Below are positions 37,012 to 50,300 of a DNA stretch of 53,732 nucleotides, piece by piece (the first letter of the stretch is position 1; each line of letters begins with the position of its first letter). The DNA lies in the NCBI GenBank assembly GCA_002269645.1, contig NIVC01002780.1, positions 1-53,732 of the forward strand, given 5' to 3'. The notes beneath the pieces are model-generated. The model did no database searches and had not been told where the DNA came from. It saw only the letters and a list, made by a program, of their open reading frames with translations. Made by a program: the position numbers and the translations under genes. The stretch is from Macrostomum lignano. Lineage: Eukaryota.

Positions 37012-38977
37012 TGAGTGCGACAAGCTCCAAATAAATGTAGCCGCGCGAGAGTCAGACGCAGTTCACCGCTGAGCTGCTCATTAAAACTTGGCACAGTTTT
37101 GATACTTTTCAAGTTTATCATCCCTCATCACACCGCAAAGACTTTCTAACAGAGTTGAAAGGTTGCACAAAAAGTTAACGAAATCGCCACCAACCAGCTT
37201 GGAAAAGCATTTGAAGTGCAACAGCCAAAAGAGCAGCGATTTGCAAATAATTATTTTTGAAAATCGACTCATTAAAACACAAGCGGAAGTAACACTTCCC
37301 TAGCAGCAGCCGCAGCAGCATCTGACCGGAAGTGAAAGATTAACAGACAATTTCCTACCGAATGAGAAGGCTTCTATGCACTTTAACGAAGCACCGCCAA
37401 CCATGCGCATGAACCCGGGCCCCTGCGTCCAGCGGACTTCGTCTGCCAGCAAAAATGTTTATGCGGCTTAATTAGCTACAGATTTTTTTCTCCCTCTCTC
37501 TCTCTCTTTCTCTTTCTCCCTCCCAGCCTCTTCTAGTAGATCGATTTCCCGCATGAGTCCGTCTAGCTATATGGGAAAAGAAGAAAGAGAGATGAGAGAT
37601 GCCAGAGTGGCTGAGGGGGCTCTGCAGCAAGCACGAGAGGAGAGGCCGACGGTGGGAAAGCGAGCCAAAACCTAGCCGGAGACGGTGTGTCGGTTACCAA
37701 GAAAGTCGACAGTCTTGGCAGCAGCTTAAAACAAAAGAATCAGCTCTGCGCCGGGCGCTGCCAAAAGTGAAAAAAGAGCGCACGCACAAGTGTTGGCGAG
37801 AAAGGGGGCCAACCAGTCTTAAAGGCACACAGAGTGAAGCAAAGAAGGCGGGGGGCGGTGATGGCTTGGATGGGAGATGAATTGGGAAGATGAAGGAGTA
37901 GAAAAGAAGCCGAGACAGTATCTTAGTCGATTGGCGCAAGTCCAGACGGCTGGCTGCTGGAAATCAAGTTGTAAAGGCTTGGGTGAGCTCAAGGCAAGGA
38001 GGGCCTCTTATGATTTATTCATTCATTTTTGGGCCTCATACGGCACCACCCACAGGCAGGCGAGGCTTCTCTCGCAGCTTTTCTCCTCCCTCTGCTTGGC
38101 AGGACCCAGCGGTGTCCTCCAGGCCAAGTGCAGACTTATTCTTAGTCGCGGGAGTGGGGGGCAATTTGAGAAGAACTCAAGAAGCGGCAGCAGATCTATA
38201 GCCTTACACCGCCTGAGCATTAGCGGAGAAGCAAACTGGGGGCTGGACAGCGATTCGAGCTCCTGGAGAGACACAGTCAGAGGCTCAAGAGTGTGGGAAT
38301 ACGAGCGTAGTAAGTTCTTCATCTAAAAAAGCAGCAATCGCCAATCGGGAATGAGAGCCTAATAAAATACACTAATAAATTTCTATCATTGCTCAAACCC
38401 GGCTCATCCAGCTGCCCCCGCTGCATGCAGGGAATACCAAATTGTAAATTGATGATTACGCAATCAATTGCTTAAAAAGTTACGTAATCATCGCGCTGGG
38501 GGATAAAATGCGTCGCTAATCCTTCGACAGGGAACGGGAAAGAGTGTCGCGAAGGGATCCCACCGTTCCTCTTTAGTTTTCTCCTCACTCGAGCCGCCGG
38601 CTTTCCCCAAATAAAGCAGCGCGTGGGTGTGCAGGATCGAGATGCAACACACGCGATGGCCTTGCCGGCAGAGGAGGGGAGAATTATCCCCCCCCACCCG
38701 GCAACCTCATCCTATCCCGGGGTGCAAATCCCACATTCAGTAGGGGATTTTGAGCTGCGGGCCTCATCTGTAAATGCTCAGTCAGTGAGAGCGCGAGAAC
38801 TCACGCCGAATGAGTCTCCATCTTATATTGTGGGGATCAATTCGGGAATTTTGTGGGATAGCGCCCTTGCCACCTGACTCGGCAGGAAAATGCAACAATA
38901 GTCTGTCGTTTCTGCGGCGTTGACATCTAGCCTAATGTAGAGTACCGCTGTACTCGTATATTTCACCTGGCCAACAA

Positions 38978-39045
38978 GAGGTCAGAGAGGGGGTCAGAGA
39001 GGGGGTCAGAGACGGGGTCTGAGAGGGGGTCAGAGACGGGGGTCT
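38978..39045. repeat. Short 12-bp tandem repeat GGGGTC(A/T)GAGA(G/C)
   Basis: About 5 copies visible. Confidence 0.8.
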
Positions 39046-39371
39046 AGATCTGTTTATAAGTTTTGCCACACTAGCGGACACAGATCGCATCATTGATGAC
39101 ACGATCATCATGCGATTGGTGCACACACACACGCTAGCTAGTAAACAGTGCCCCCCCCCCTCGCACAGCCCTAGACTTCGGGGTAGGGCTGCTTTATCCT
39201 AGCCAGGATTGACAGGTTGCTAGATTTTTTCGAACATCTGTCTGCAAGAGACGGTGTTTATGAAGGATATAGAGGGTCAGGTGTAGGGTACTAGACAGAA
39301 AAATTAAAATTATATTCTGGAAAGAGAAGTGTTAAATAGAAAAAGCAAGAGACAGCGGGTGAGATGAAATG

Positions 39372-39668
39372 AGAAAGATGGCAGAGGACACAGAGGAGAT
39401 GGCGGAGTGTACAGGGGAGATGGTGGAGTGTACATGAGAGATGGCGGAGTGTACATGAGAGATGGTAAAGTGTACAGGGGAGATGGCGGAGTGTGCAGGG
39501 GAGATGGTGGAGTGTACATGAGAGATGGCGGAGTGTACATGAGAGATGGTAAAGTGTACAGGGTAGATGGTGGAGTGTACAGGGGAGATTGTGGAGTGTA
39601 CAGGGGAGATTGTGGAGTGTACAGGGTAGATGGTGGAGTGTACAGGGGAGATGGTAGGGTGTACATCT
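39372..39668. repeat. Minisatellite, 21-bp unit GGAGTGTACAGGGGAGATGG(T/C)
   Basis: About 14 copies visible. Confidence 0.92.
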
Positions 39669-40204
39669 GGGGTACAAGGGGAGACAGTTATCAAGAAAGC
39701 AACGCGTTATCGAGAATCAAGAAGCTCCCCCGAAAGCCCCCAGCTCAGAAGGCGAGCGAAAGCTGATGCTCATGAGGGTAGAAGAGAGTTTTGAGCAAGT
39801 TTGGAGCCACATTGGCAAATCGGATTGCACTCTGCGTCTCTCAAGCGAAGCAATGATACAGCGCTTGAGATGGGATGAAGAGGCTAAGGATAAGTCCGAT
39901 ATATTGATCGGCCAAGATCGTGCCCGACGAGCGCTGAGTCCCCCTTGCAGCTCGAACCCTCTCGCTCCTGCTTTAGTTTACTCGAGACTGAAATCTAAAG
40001 AAATTTGCTCCACACCGGCTGCTTCCACTGGATGCTCAGTCGCAGATTTTGCAGGGGCACGGGGGAACCCGTCATTAGGAGAGTCGAAAGGGCCAGCGGA
40101 GTCACTGAGGCGAATGCGTGAGCGAGTGAGTAGGTGTGTGAAGGATGTGTAGCGCAGAACTAATAAAACCAAAGCCCAATCACTCTTTTTTATTAAAGGC
40201 CGGG

Positions 40205-40417
40205 GGCTGTGTGCACCCTGGCGAACTGCAAGCGACATTGTCGCACAACCGGCGAGAGGCATTGCTGCCCATTCCGCCGACTCCCCTGAGCAGGCACACA
40301 AGCGCGCGGATACGTACGCAGTCATACGCACAGGCACACACTCACACAGGAGTGTACAGCGGCCCTAACTTTATTTATCGTTAGGCATGTACACTTCACT
40401 GTGCCTTGTGGGTTTGG
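40205..40417. repeat. Unclassified dispersed hairpin-containing repeat, copy 3
   Basis: Homologous to copies 1 and 2; hairpin at 40345-40403. Confidence 0.85.
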
Positions 40418-41317
40418 CCCTTGAGGCCGTTAATTGCACGAGCAGAGCCAAGCCGAGATTCCAATTTAGTCCCAAATTAATGTGACTGCAATGGGAATCG
40501 AGCCTGGGCCGCTGGCACATCAGAGCACCGCGCTAGACAACAAGGCTACGGCCCCCTTAGCCCAAAGACTAAGTATTACCGCAAGGATTACTTTAAACTA
40601 TCCAAAGTAGCCTCAAGCCTGCCATTGCTGAGCTCGCTAGCCAACCGCACTGGCTAGTTGCCATGCTTACATAAAACAGTGCAACTGCACGCAGTGCAGA
40701 GGAACCGCGGGCCCAGCTTCTGGCCCGGGGGCGCAAAGTGGGTCGAGGGGGAGGGAGGGGCCGCGCGTGCGCATACGAGACGAGAAGCGAGGCTACAGCC
40801 GAGACACCAAGAGAGAACAGCGATGGTGAAGAGGCGGCGAGATCAACGCGTGGCCAAGGGGTAAAGGGCTAATCGCATTGCCGCCCGCGCTAATGTCGCC
40901 GCCGCCGCTGCCACCGCTGCCGCCGTCCCTTCAAGGCTCCGCTGGCTGCCTGCCAGATACAATTATGCCCCCGTTGCTAACACAGATGAGTAGTAAAGAG
41001 AGAGAAGGGCCATGGCCAGGTTTGCAAAGGGAGAAAGGAAAGGCAGCCGGAGGCCATGACAATGTATCTATCAGCGTGTTTGTTTCGGCAGGACAGGGAG
41101 GTGGGTGGGGCAATGGAGAGGGGCAGGGCAGCCTCTACGCCTGTTTGCGGCCCAATAGATTAAGCAATAAATGCCGCCGTCGCTGGTGGATCAAAAAAGT
41201 ACACGCTATCGAGGCACAGAGAAATGAATGCTGCATTGCAGAGACTGTATTTTTGCACAATAGGTTGCCTTTGTAAGAGCTGTTAGATGAAAAAGGCTGA
41301 ATAAATGTAGAGATAGA

Positions 41318-41768
<451 letters not shown>

Positions 41769-42649
41769 GGATGCACTTATCCCAGTCATTGGGCTAGGAA
41801 AAGTCAAAGAATAGATTGAGAAGACAGTTGGGCGCAGGCAAATCACAGACAGCTCTCTATGATTGAGTTACGGGATGGGTTAGCAAATAAGGAAAGGAGA
41901 GAAAGCCAGCAGCAAAGAAGGAAGCTGCAAAAGGCGACGCGACCCTTATTTCCGAACAGGCTTTTTTCTCTCTAACTAATCTCCCCGACTCCCCGCCCGG
42001 TGAACTCCTGCCCGCCATGCCAACTCGAGCTCCCATTTCGTTCGTGGAGGAACTTCTCCTCTCTCTCTGCCTGAGCTTCTTGAATGAAAGGAGAAAAGAG
42101 AGACGACTCGGCAATCCGGGCAGCATCAGCGCCTGGAAGAAGACTTAGGCGGGCACAGGGTAGGCTGGCGTCTCCGCGGGGCTCAAGTTTCCACCCGGCA
42201 GAGTCGTGCTCGGGAGATTATCTGGGCTCCGGTTCTTATCTCTAAAATACGAGCTGACAGAGGGGCCAGCGACTGCGCCGCCAGAAATTCCTTGGACTGC
42301 TAAGCAGTTTTCGCTTCAGTCCCCCGCTAGGTTCCCTTTATCCCCTCTGCCATCGCCAACTCACCATTCCCCTAGCTGCATAGCTTCAATATTCTCATAG
42401 CTAAAGTTGAGCCTGCATTCGGCGTTCCTTTTCTCTCTCTCTCTTTCTCTTTCTCTGCAAAGCATTCTGCGAGTAAGCGCAGAGTTGGCTGACCCAAATT
42501 AATTGAAACTTTCAAAAAGAAGTGCACCGCATTGGGGTGAGATCGGGTTGAGAGATGCATGTACTTTATAATAATGGCAATAATGATCACAGTAATAGTA
42601 ATAATAATAATATACCCGATTTTGTACTCTGCTGATTTGGAGAGCCATC

Positions 42650-42683
<34 letters not shown>

Positions 42684-42882
42684 CAGAGATAGAAGAGTTA
42701 GGGCAAGTGCACGCGATCGATAAGTCATAGAAAAAAATGAGTCTTTTTTTAAAGCAACCGCGGCCCCAGCCCGAACGCAAATTCAATAACAAGCTGGCGC
42801 TGGTCGTGACGCTCAGCCCGAGCTGCAGTCAGGGACTCTGACGTCCAGCTGTAGAACTGCGTGTTCTCTGCAGCACCCTAAC

Positions 42883-43002
42883 GGGCTTGTAGCCTAGTGG
42901 TTAGAGCGTCGGACTCGCGACTTGAAGGTCGGGGGTTCGATTCCCGATCCCAATGGAACATTTTGTGTACTTCAGCAAGACACTTAACTCTGCATTGCTT
43001 CA
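42883..43002 (+). mobile_element. 3'-truncated SINE copy (tRNA head plus first part of CORE)
   Basis: GGGCTTGTAGCCTAGTGGTTAGAGCGTCGGAC...GTTCGATTCC...CACTTAACTCTGCATTGCTTCA matches 5993-6113. Confidence 0.9.
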
Positions 43003-43014
43003 TGTCCGTTAGGG

Positions 43015-43322
43015 TAATAATAATAATAACTGATTACACCTGCCCTAATGGGCAGATGTGCAACCGACAGCTCAGCCGCAGCTATTGCGCGGCGCATCTG
43101 AAGGCTGCGTACGGCTGTTCAGTCCAAGGACTGGGGGGTCGCCACACACACAGCCTCAATTACCCCAGCTAATGCTGGCACCCATTTTACAGCTGGATGA
43201 ACTGAAGCAATGTAGAGCTAAGTGTCTCGCTCAAGGACACAAATTGTTCCAGTGGGATCGGGAATCGAACCCCCGATCTTCCAGTCGTGAGTCCGACCCT
43301 CTAACCACTAGGCTACAACCCG
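43015..43322 (-). mobile_element. tRNA-derived CORE-like SINE, full length, reverse orientation
   Basis: The reverse complement aligns end to end with 5993-6301, with a (TTA)n tail at ~43015-43031. Confidence 0.93.
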
Positions 43323-44324
43323 CCCAGGACGTTTTGAACTAGTCCTATTATATCCACATGTTTTGGAACCTTATGCCACTAACTCATAAGCTGTTAATCC
43401 AATCTCTACTGCAATCGGTGCGTCGATATGATTTACAGCCTGCCGGATGTCGGCACCGAGGCTGGCAATCGTAACTACTATTGCACCAACTTGACGGCGC
43501 CTCTGTGTAAACTCGGCTCAGCAACATTTCCCCTGGCTCAATAACGAATTATCAACAAATGAAGTGTAATTTATTAGCCAGATTAACAATTTTCCTACAG
43601 AAAACTTATGCTTATAACTTTATTAAGGATATAAGGAGAACTTTACTTCTAATCAATCTCCTCAGCTGCCTCAAGCAACATCAAGCTTAGTTTGCTCTCC
43701 ATCCGAAAAAAACCTGTCCACGCCACCTGCGCCTTTTTGGCAGTGAGCTAATTAATAATTAATGAGCAAGTAAAGCGCGATAGCTGAGTCGGACAGAGGG
43801 CACAGTTGCCCAGACAAATTGGAGGTGGACAAAGGGCGATGGTCGGGCACGAAGAAGGGTAGAAAAGACCGATGAGGCATCGGTGAGACTGGGAGAAGGT
43901 AAAGAAATAAGATTGCGACGGGAAAATGCTTAATGGGAATGGAATATGGGAAGCCAAGGTGGTCAGGGTGCAGTTACGGTGGGGGTTCCTCCCAGTGCAA
44001 TGAGGCTTCCTCAAGCATCCGCGTCTTCTAGCCTATCTATTTCTGTTTTTCGTTTGCAAGAAAAAACGCAGCTCAACCTCACTACCGAGTCACGCTTCAC
44101 TGCCTCACTGCAGCGATTTTGCACGGTTGAGGTACTACTGCGTAGGCCTCTAGCAGTACCGCGTGGACGGATGTTTCACCAGGATGTTGGGATATTAAGT
44201 GAGAAAAGAAGATGCGGATGCAAAGGAAACAGAAACAGGATGACGAAGACTCTCGAACAGTCAATGGTAATCTATCTGCACAGACAGTGTCTTGATTAAT
44301 GAGATCTCAATGCCCCTCTGTAGC

Positions 44325-45630
44325 GGTCGCCTCTGTAACCTACACTGCCTTTGCTAGAGCCTACAGTGACTCCCCATTAACCTACACCGCCTCTGTTGGA
44401 GCCTACAGTGACTCCCCATTAACCTACACCGCCTCTGTTGGAGCCTACAGTGACTCCCCATTAACCTACACTACCTCTGCTAGAGCCTACAGTGGCTCCC
44501 CATTAACCTACACTGCCTCTGTTAGATCCTACAGTGACTCCCCATTATCCTACACCGCCTCTGTTGGAGCCTACAGTGACTCCCCATTAACCTACACCGC
44601 CTCTGTTGGAGCCTACAGTGACTCCCCATTAACCTACACTATCTCTGTTAGATCCTACAGTGACTCCCCATTAACCTACACCGCCTCTGTTGGAGCCTAC
44701 AGTGACTCCTCATTAACCTACACTATCTCTGTTAGAGCCTACAGTGACTCCCCATTAACCTACACCGCCTCTGTTGGAGCCTACAGTGACTCCCCATTAA
44801 CCTACACTATCTCTGTTAGATCCTACAGTGACTCCCCATTAACCTACACTACCTCTGCTAGAGCCTACAGTGACTCCCCATTAACCTACACTATCTCTGT
44901 TAGAGCCTACAGTGACTCCCCATTAACCTACACCGCCTCTGTTGGAGCCTACAGTGACTCCCCATTAACCTACACTATCTCTGTTAGATCCTACAGTGAC
45001 TCCCCATTAACCTACACCGCCTCTGTTGGAGCCTACAGTGACTCCTCATTAACCTACACTATCTCTGTTAGAGCCTACAGTGACTCCTCATTAACCTACA
45101 CTGACTCTGTTGGAGCCTACAGTGACTCCTCATTAACCTACACTGCCTCTGCTAGAGCCTACAGTGACTCCTCATTAACCTACACTGCCTCTGTTGGAGC
45201 CTACAGTGACTCCCCATTAACCTACACTGCCTCTGTTAGAGCCTACAGTGACTCCTCATTAACCTACACTGCCTCTGCTAGAGCCTACAGTGACTCCCCA
45301 TTAACCTACACTACCTCTGCTAGAGCCTACAGTGACTCCTCATTAACCTACACTGACTCTGTTAGAGCCTACAGTGACTCCTCATAAACGTACACTGCCT
45401 CTGTTGGAGCCTACAGTGACTCCCCATTAACCTACACTGACTCTGTTGGAGCCTACAGTGACTCTTCATTAACCTACACCGCCTCTGCTAGAGCCTACAG
45501 TGACTCCTCATTAACCTACACTGCCTCTGTTGGAGCCTACAGTGACTCCCCATTAACCTACACTACCTCTGCTAGAGCCTACAGTGACTCCTCATTAACC
45601 TACACTGACTCTGTTTAGAGTACCACAGCG
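44325..45630. repeat. Minisatellite, 42-bp unit GCCTACAGTGACTCC(C/T)CATTAACCTACAC(C/T)GCCTCTG(T/C)T(G/A)GA
   Basis: About 30 copies; explains the 14-aa periodic ORF 44299-45387. Confidence 0.97.
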
Positions 45631-47332
45631 ACTCCTCTGTATTCCACACTACGCTCGTATCTCTTCTCTATCCAGCCTAAGCAAAAACGCTCTCACTCAC
45701 CGTACTGTTGGCACTGCAGAAGGCGGAATCCGGACGCCAGTCCAGCTGTTAGTGTTGTGCTTTAATGTTGCGCTTTCACCGTACAGTTGCCTGTTGTGTT
45801 CAGCTTGCTGGAACGAACCATTTAGGATAGTGGCAAATTTATGCATTGGCAATATAAATAACCGTGTTGTAACTTAGTAGGGCACATATTGCAATTAACT
45901 AATATAGCTCGTAATTAGACTAGCACAGAGAGCAGACAAAATGTGAATCCACTTAATTAGGCGTTGTTTTTGGAAGAACGAATAACTGCATAGTAGTTAG
46001 AGATAGACGCTGGCCAGTACACCAAGGCATTGAACAAAATAGACCTCAGTTCCAGCCCCTCGGTTCAGGAATTCCCTGTAGTCGCTGTTAACTCGTCGAA
46101 GCAGAAAGCTTAAGGAAGGAAATTCCTCGAAACCTGGCGTTACCATAGCAGAATCCTTAGTCACCTTTCCCGCGGCAGAGAATTGCAATTTGCTTTTTTC
46201 ATGAAATCGGCGCCAAACAGAAACACAGCTAAAGTGTAGGATTTTTACCAAAAAAACACACAAATTCAAACCGCACCACCCAGAATGCTGCGCTGCTGCT
46301 GCCTTCCTGTTTTCCGCCGCCTCAGCCAGAGCCAAAACTCCCGGAATCGCGTGTCACGCCGGGACAAAACTCGGGGGGGGGGGAAGAAAAGGACCTAGCA
46401 ACGCGCACGCAAGGGCCTACCCTGCTAAATAAGGGGTCAGTTATGACGAGACTCAAACGGCTTGATGGATGGCGCGCAGTTTTCATCGCGCATCTATACA
46501 AATCTATTTAGCTCACAGCAGCGTGATATAGCAAAATAACAAAGGCGTAAATGGACAGGAAATTATTGTCGATTTTCCATTCAGTCCGTTTTTCATCACC
46601 AATGTGCAGTAATTATACTCGTACTTCAGAGAATATTTACTTGTAAAGTGCGCCAGCCTCTCTCGATTTACCATTGCAGAGATTTTCATTGCAGCACACC
46701 GAAATTACATGTAAGATGCCCAATACAATCTGCCAAACATGTATACTGTACCCCCCTGGATTTGAAATGGCTATAATGGAATAATAGTAAAATTACGACC
46801 GGATTTAGCCTGTATTAAGTCGGATTAAGTCCCTCTTACGCTGCATCCTAAAGCCGTAAAATAATAAAGTACAGCCATTAACTGCAACCAGGCGGCTCAG
46901 GTCTGCTCAAATTTTATCTCTTCTAATTCCCACTCAAGAGGTCGGGCAGGGTCAGAACTGAGACGCAAGCAACCTTGGAAGTTAGGGGTGCAGGGCGGGG
47001 ACAAACAAGCTGGAGACGAAGTAGAGAACACAGTGCGAGGGGGGGACACGAGCGGACGGAGAGCTTGACTTAAAAACAACATTCTAGGCACTGAGAGGAA
47101 AAATAGACTGTTGGCGGGTTGGACGCTCGAAATGGCTACTAGCCTTCCCCTAGCTAATAAATTGATCCCCTAGCCTACACCGACCCCCCCCCCCAGCTGC
47201 CCCAGAGTCACTGCCGGGGTCAATGGCCTCTAGATGAGAATGAAATGAGAATCGGATGAGGGGTCGGCGCGCAAAGCAGTGCTCCTCCTCTCAACTGTTC
47301 CCAGTAGTGCGATCGGACGCTGCCTGATCAGG

Positions 47333-47364
<32 letters not shown>

Positions 47365-50300
47365 AGGGACTCAAAACTCACTCACTCTCATGGGATAGGG
47401 GAAGGGGGGAAGAAGCGACCGATAAGGTCAAACAGCCTGTTCAAAAAAGGGGGAAGGGGGCGGCGGAGTTTTCGCTTCGCAGATTTGTCAGCCCGATCTG
47501 ACCAGATCTATCCCTAAACTTAATCTGACGACTTACCTCCCCCCCCCTGCTCAGGTCTGAAATCCTCGGCCATTCAGAAGGTTCGCAGAGCTTCTATCCG
47601 CACCAATGCAGCTTTGACTAGTCGAATCATGAGCTGATCATTCAATATTGGGTTACAAAGAAACTGCAGACAACTACGAGGCCGTGACGAGATCGGGAAC
47701 TATAACCAGACTCAATCCGACACCCCATCTAAGTAAAATGAGCAAAATTAAGCACGAACTCTAGCGGCACGAATAGAGAATGTGTAACAAGTAACATAGT
47801 TTCTAAAGAAGAGACAAATAGGTGGCAAGATTCTGCATCTGCGCTGATTAAATATATTTTTTCTGGAGTTTTTGGCGCAACGCTCACGCAGGACTCCGGG
47901 AGAGTTCAGGAGAGTTGGAGGCGGACCACAATGCACTCATTAGCTGGAGCTGCTGGCTTTGTCGCCCTGCCCTAGAGAGCAGCCAAACTCATCAATTGTT
48001 TCCAACACCCGAAATTCTCTATCACGTGCTCCCAGCCTCTCTCCTCTCTTCCCCGCTCAAGCAATGAGTTTGGCACTAAAAAATCGCTTACAATGAGCAC
48101 CACCAAGGCCTGCAGTGAATGGTGTTTTTACTCCGTAAACAGAATTTACTGCTGATAAAATCCATGGTCTCCTCGCATTTCGATTTTGCTTCTTTTATCC
48201 TATCCGATCCTTGATGCCTGAATTTTCTAATGCTACGTGACTTGCTTCGTGCTACCTGGCAGCATAATAATAATCTATACACTATGTAAAAAGCCAAGTA
48301 TATACTGTACAATAGACTTATGAGCACCTCCTGATTTACCTGAGCAAACCGACGTTGCCTACAGCATTAAACAATCAGAAAAGTTTGTAGGAATCCACTC
48401 TGAAAAATTAAAGGCCGTTCCTTCTCCCTAGTTAGTCTCAAATCTTTTGCTTCCAACCTTCAGTCAGTCTAGCTCGGATTATTTGTCTTGCTTAACTCTA
48501 CCTTCGGCAACTTCAAGGTTAGCAGACAGTCAGACGTCCTACGCTCGTACCAGAGTGCCGACCTCCAGACAGAGTTTATTACCACATGGCTAGGAGTATT
48601 TGCGTGAGCAAGTAGTGAAACTGTTTCGTGCAAGTGGCCTGCATCCAATATTCTGACTGGGGAGGTCCACCTAACGCTGGGAAACCGGCAGTAGGGAGTG
48701 GCAGCAGCGGGTCAGCAAAAAAGAGCAACGTCTGGCTTGGGAGAGCAGAAGGTTAAATTAAAAGTTGGCTCAAGAATGAGTGTGGAGCGGCCGCTTGGTC
48801 ATGAGCCGGCAGGATGGAGAGAGGAGAGTCTGAAGGAGGCTGCGAGAGCCGGCCAGGACTTGGTTTCTTAGTCGACGGGGGCTGCGTGGTGCGGAGGGGG
48901 AGAGAGAAAGCAGGCAGAATAAAGGGCCAAAAATCGAAGTCCCATTCCGTGGTTGACCCGCCTGCTTCTCTGCCTCCTAGCTGCCCCAAAATCCTCAGAA
49001 TGCAAGCTTCCACTACTCACGTGTTTCAGCCCAGCAGGCAGACCAAAGATAGAGGGGGGGGGGAGAAGCCGACAAGGCCAGATGGGAGACCCCTGCCCCT
49101 GCCCCAGCAGTGAATCCGATGAAGGCGAGGTGAATTAAGCAGGGGTGGGCGCGGTGGACCCAATCTACCGAGACCCTTCTCAGACACGCCCCCTCGACAT
49201 TCGCTCAGAACCCCCTGCCGCTTGCTGACTGACTCAGCCGAGGTCGCCACTGCTGCATGGCTGATTCTCGCCCTGACGGAAACTCTCCTCGCCCAGCTTA
49301 GCTTACTCATAAATTAGCGTCGCCTTCATCATTATTCGGTCCAGCACTGGCCTTCATTGGAGCCGAGTTCAGCTAGAAATTAATGTGCAAAAGGTACTAA
49401 ACTGTGACGATCAACAGTATCGAAGTCGTCAAAAAATTACAAGGGTAATAAACCAGCTTAGAGGGGCCTCCTTGTTGAACTTCTTAAAGAGCTAATGCAG
49501 TAGGTTGTGTATCGAAGCTAGGGGCTAGACTAGATTACAAGACCATCCCGTTGGTTTGCACGTCACAATCGCAACATTTAAGGCACATCCATAAATTGCA
49601 GTTCTAGGCACAGAGCTGTTCCGACTGTTGTAGCGTTAAAAAAACTTTTTCCCCAGTACATGTATAGAGAACCTGAGAAATCGAGAACTGCCCGACAATG
49701 CTAAATTTTCCTATTAGCTTTTTTTCATTTCAGTGTCGTCAGGAAACTCGACCTTCTAGCAAAATTTATCCAGGTTTCGGCGCACAAGAATTCTTCGCTT
49801 CGCTTTACGCAGCAGGGGTTACCCCGCGAAAATTGAAAATCTACGACCGCTAAATCTCATCATTTCATCCGCTCGACACGGCTGAGAAAATGCGCCGCTT
49901 ACATTCTTATCCGCAAATAGGCGCAACGAAAGACCAGCGAAAACAATATTTGACGCAAGCGAGCTAAAAACTTTTTTGCAAGTAATTTTTGCACATGATA
50001 AACAACAAAAGGCGTGCTGCCTAAGGCGTTCAAAATGCAAATGCAGTCTCAGCCTCGTGTTAACTGACTTTTCACGTTACATGGACTCAGAAAGTAATCA
50101 GAAAATGAATAAGTTTGGTCTGATGCCAAATAAAACTGATGGCTAGGTTATAACTCCGCCAAGCTCTAGATGCTTTTGTCTCTCTTGCATACGGCTGTAC
50201 AATCACAGCTTTTTTTACAATAACAGGCATCGTAAAATAAGTCGCAATTTCCTCAGAAGAAAATTGCGCCACCCAAGAAGACAACAGACAGTGCAGATCA

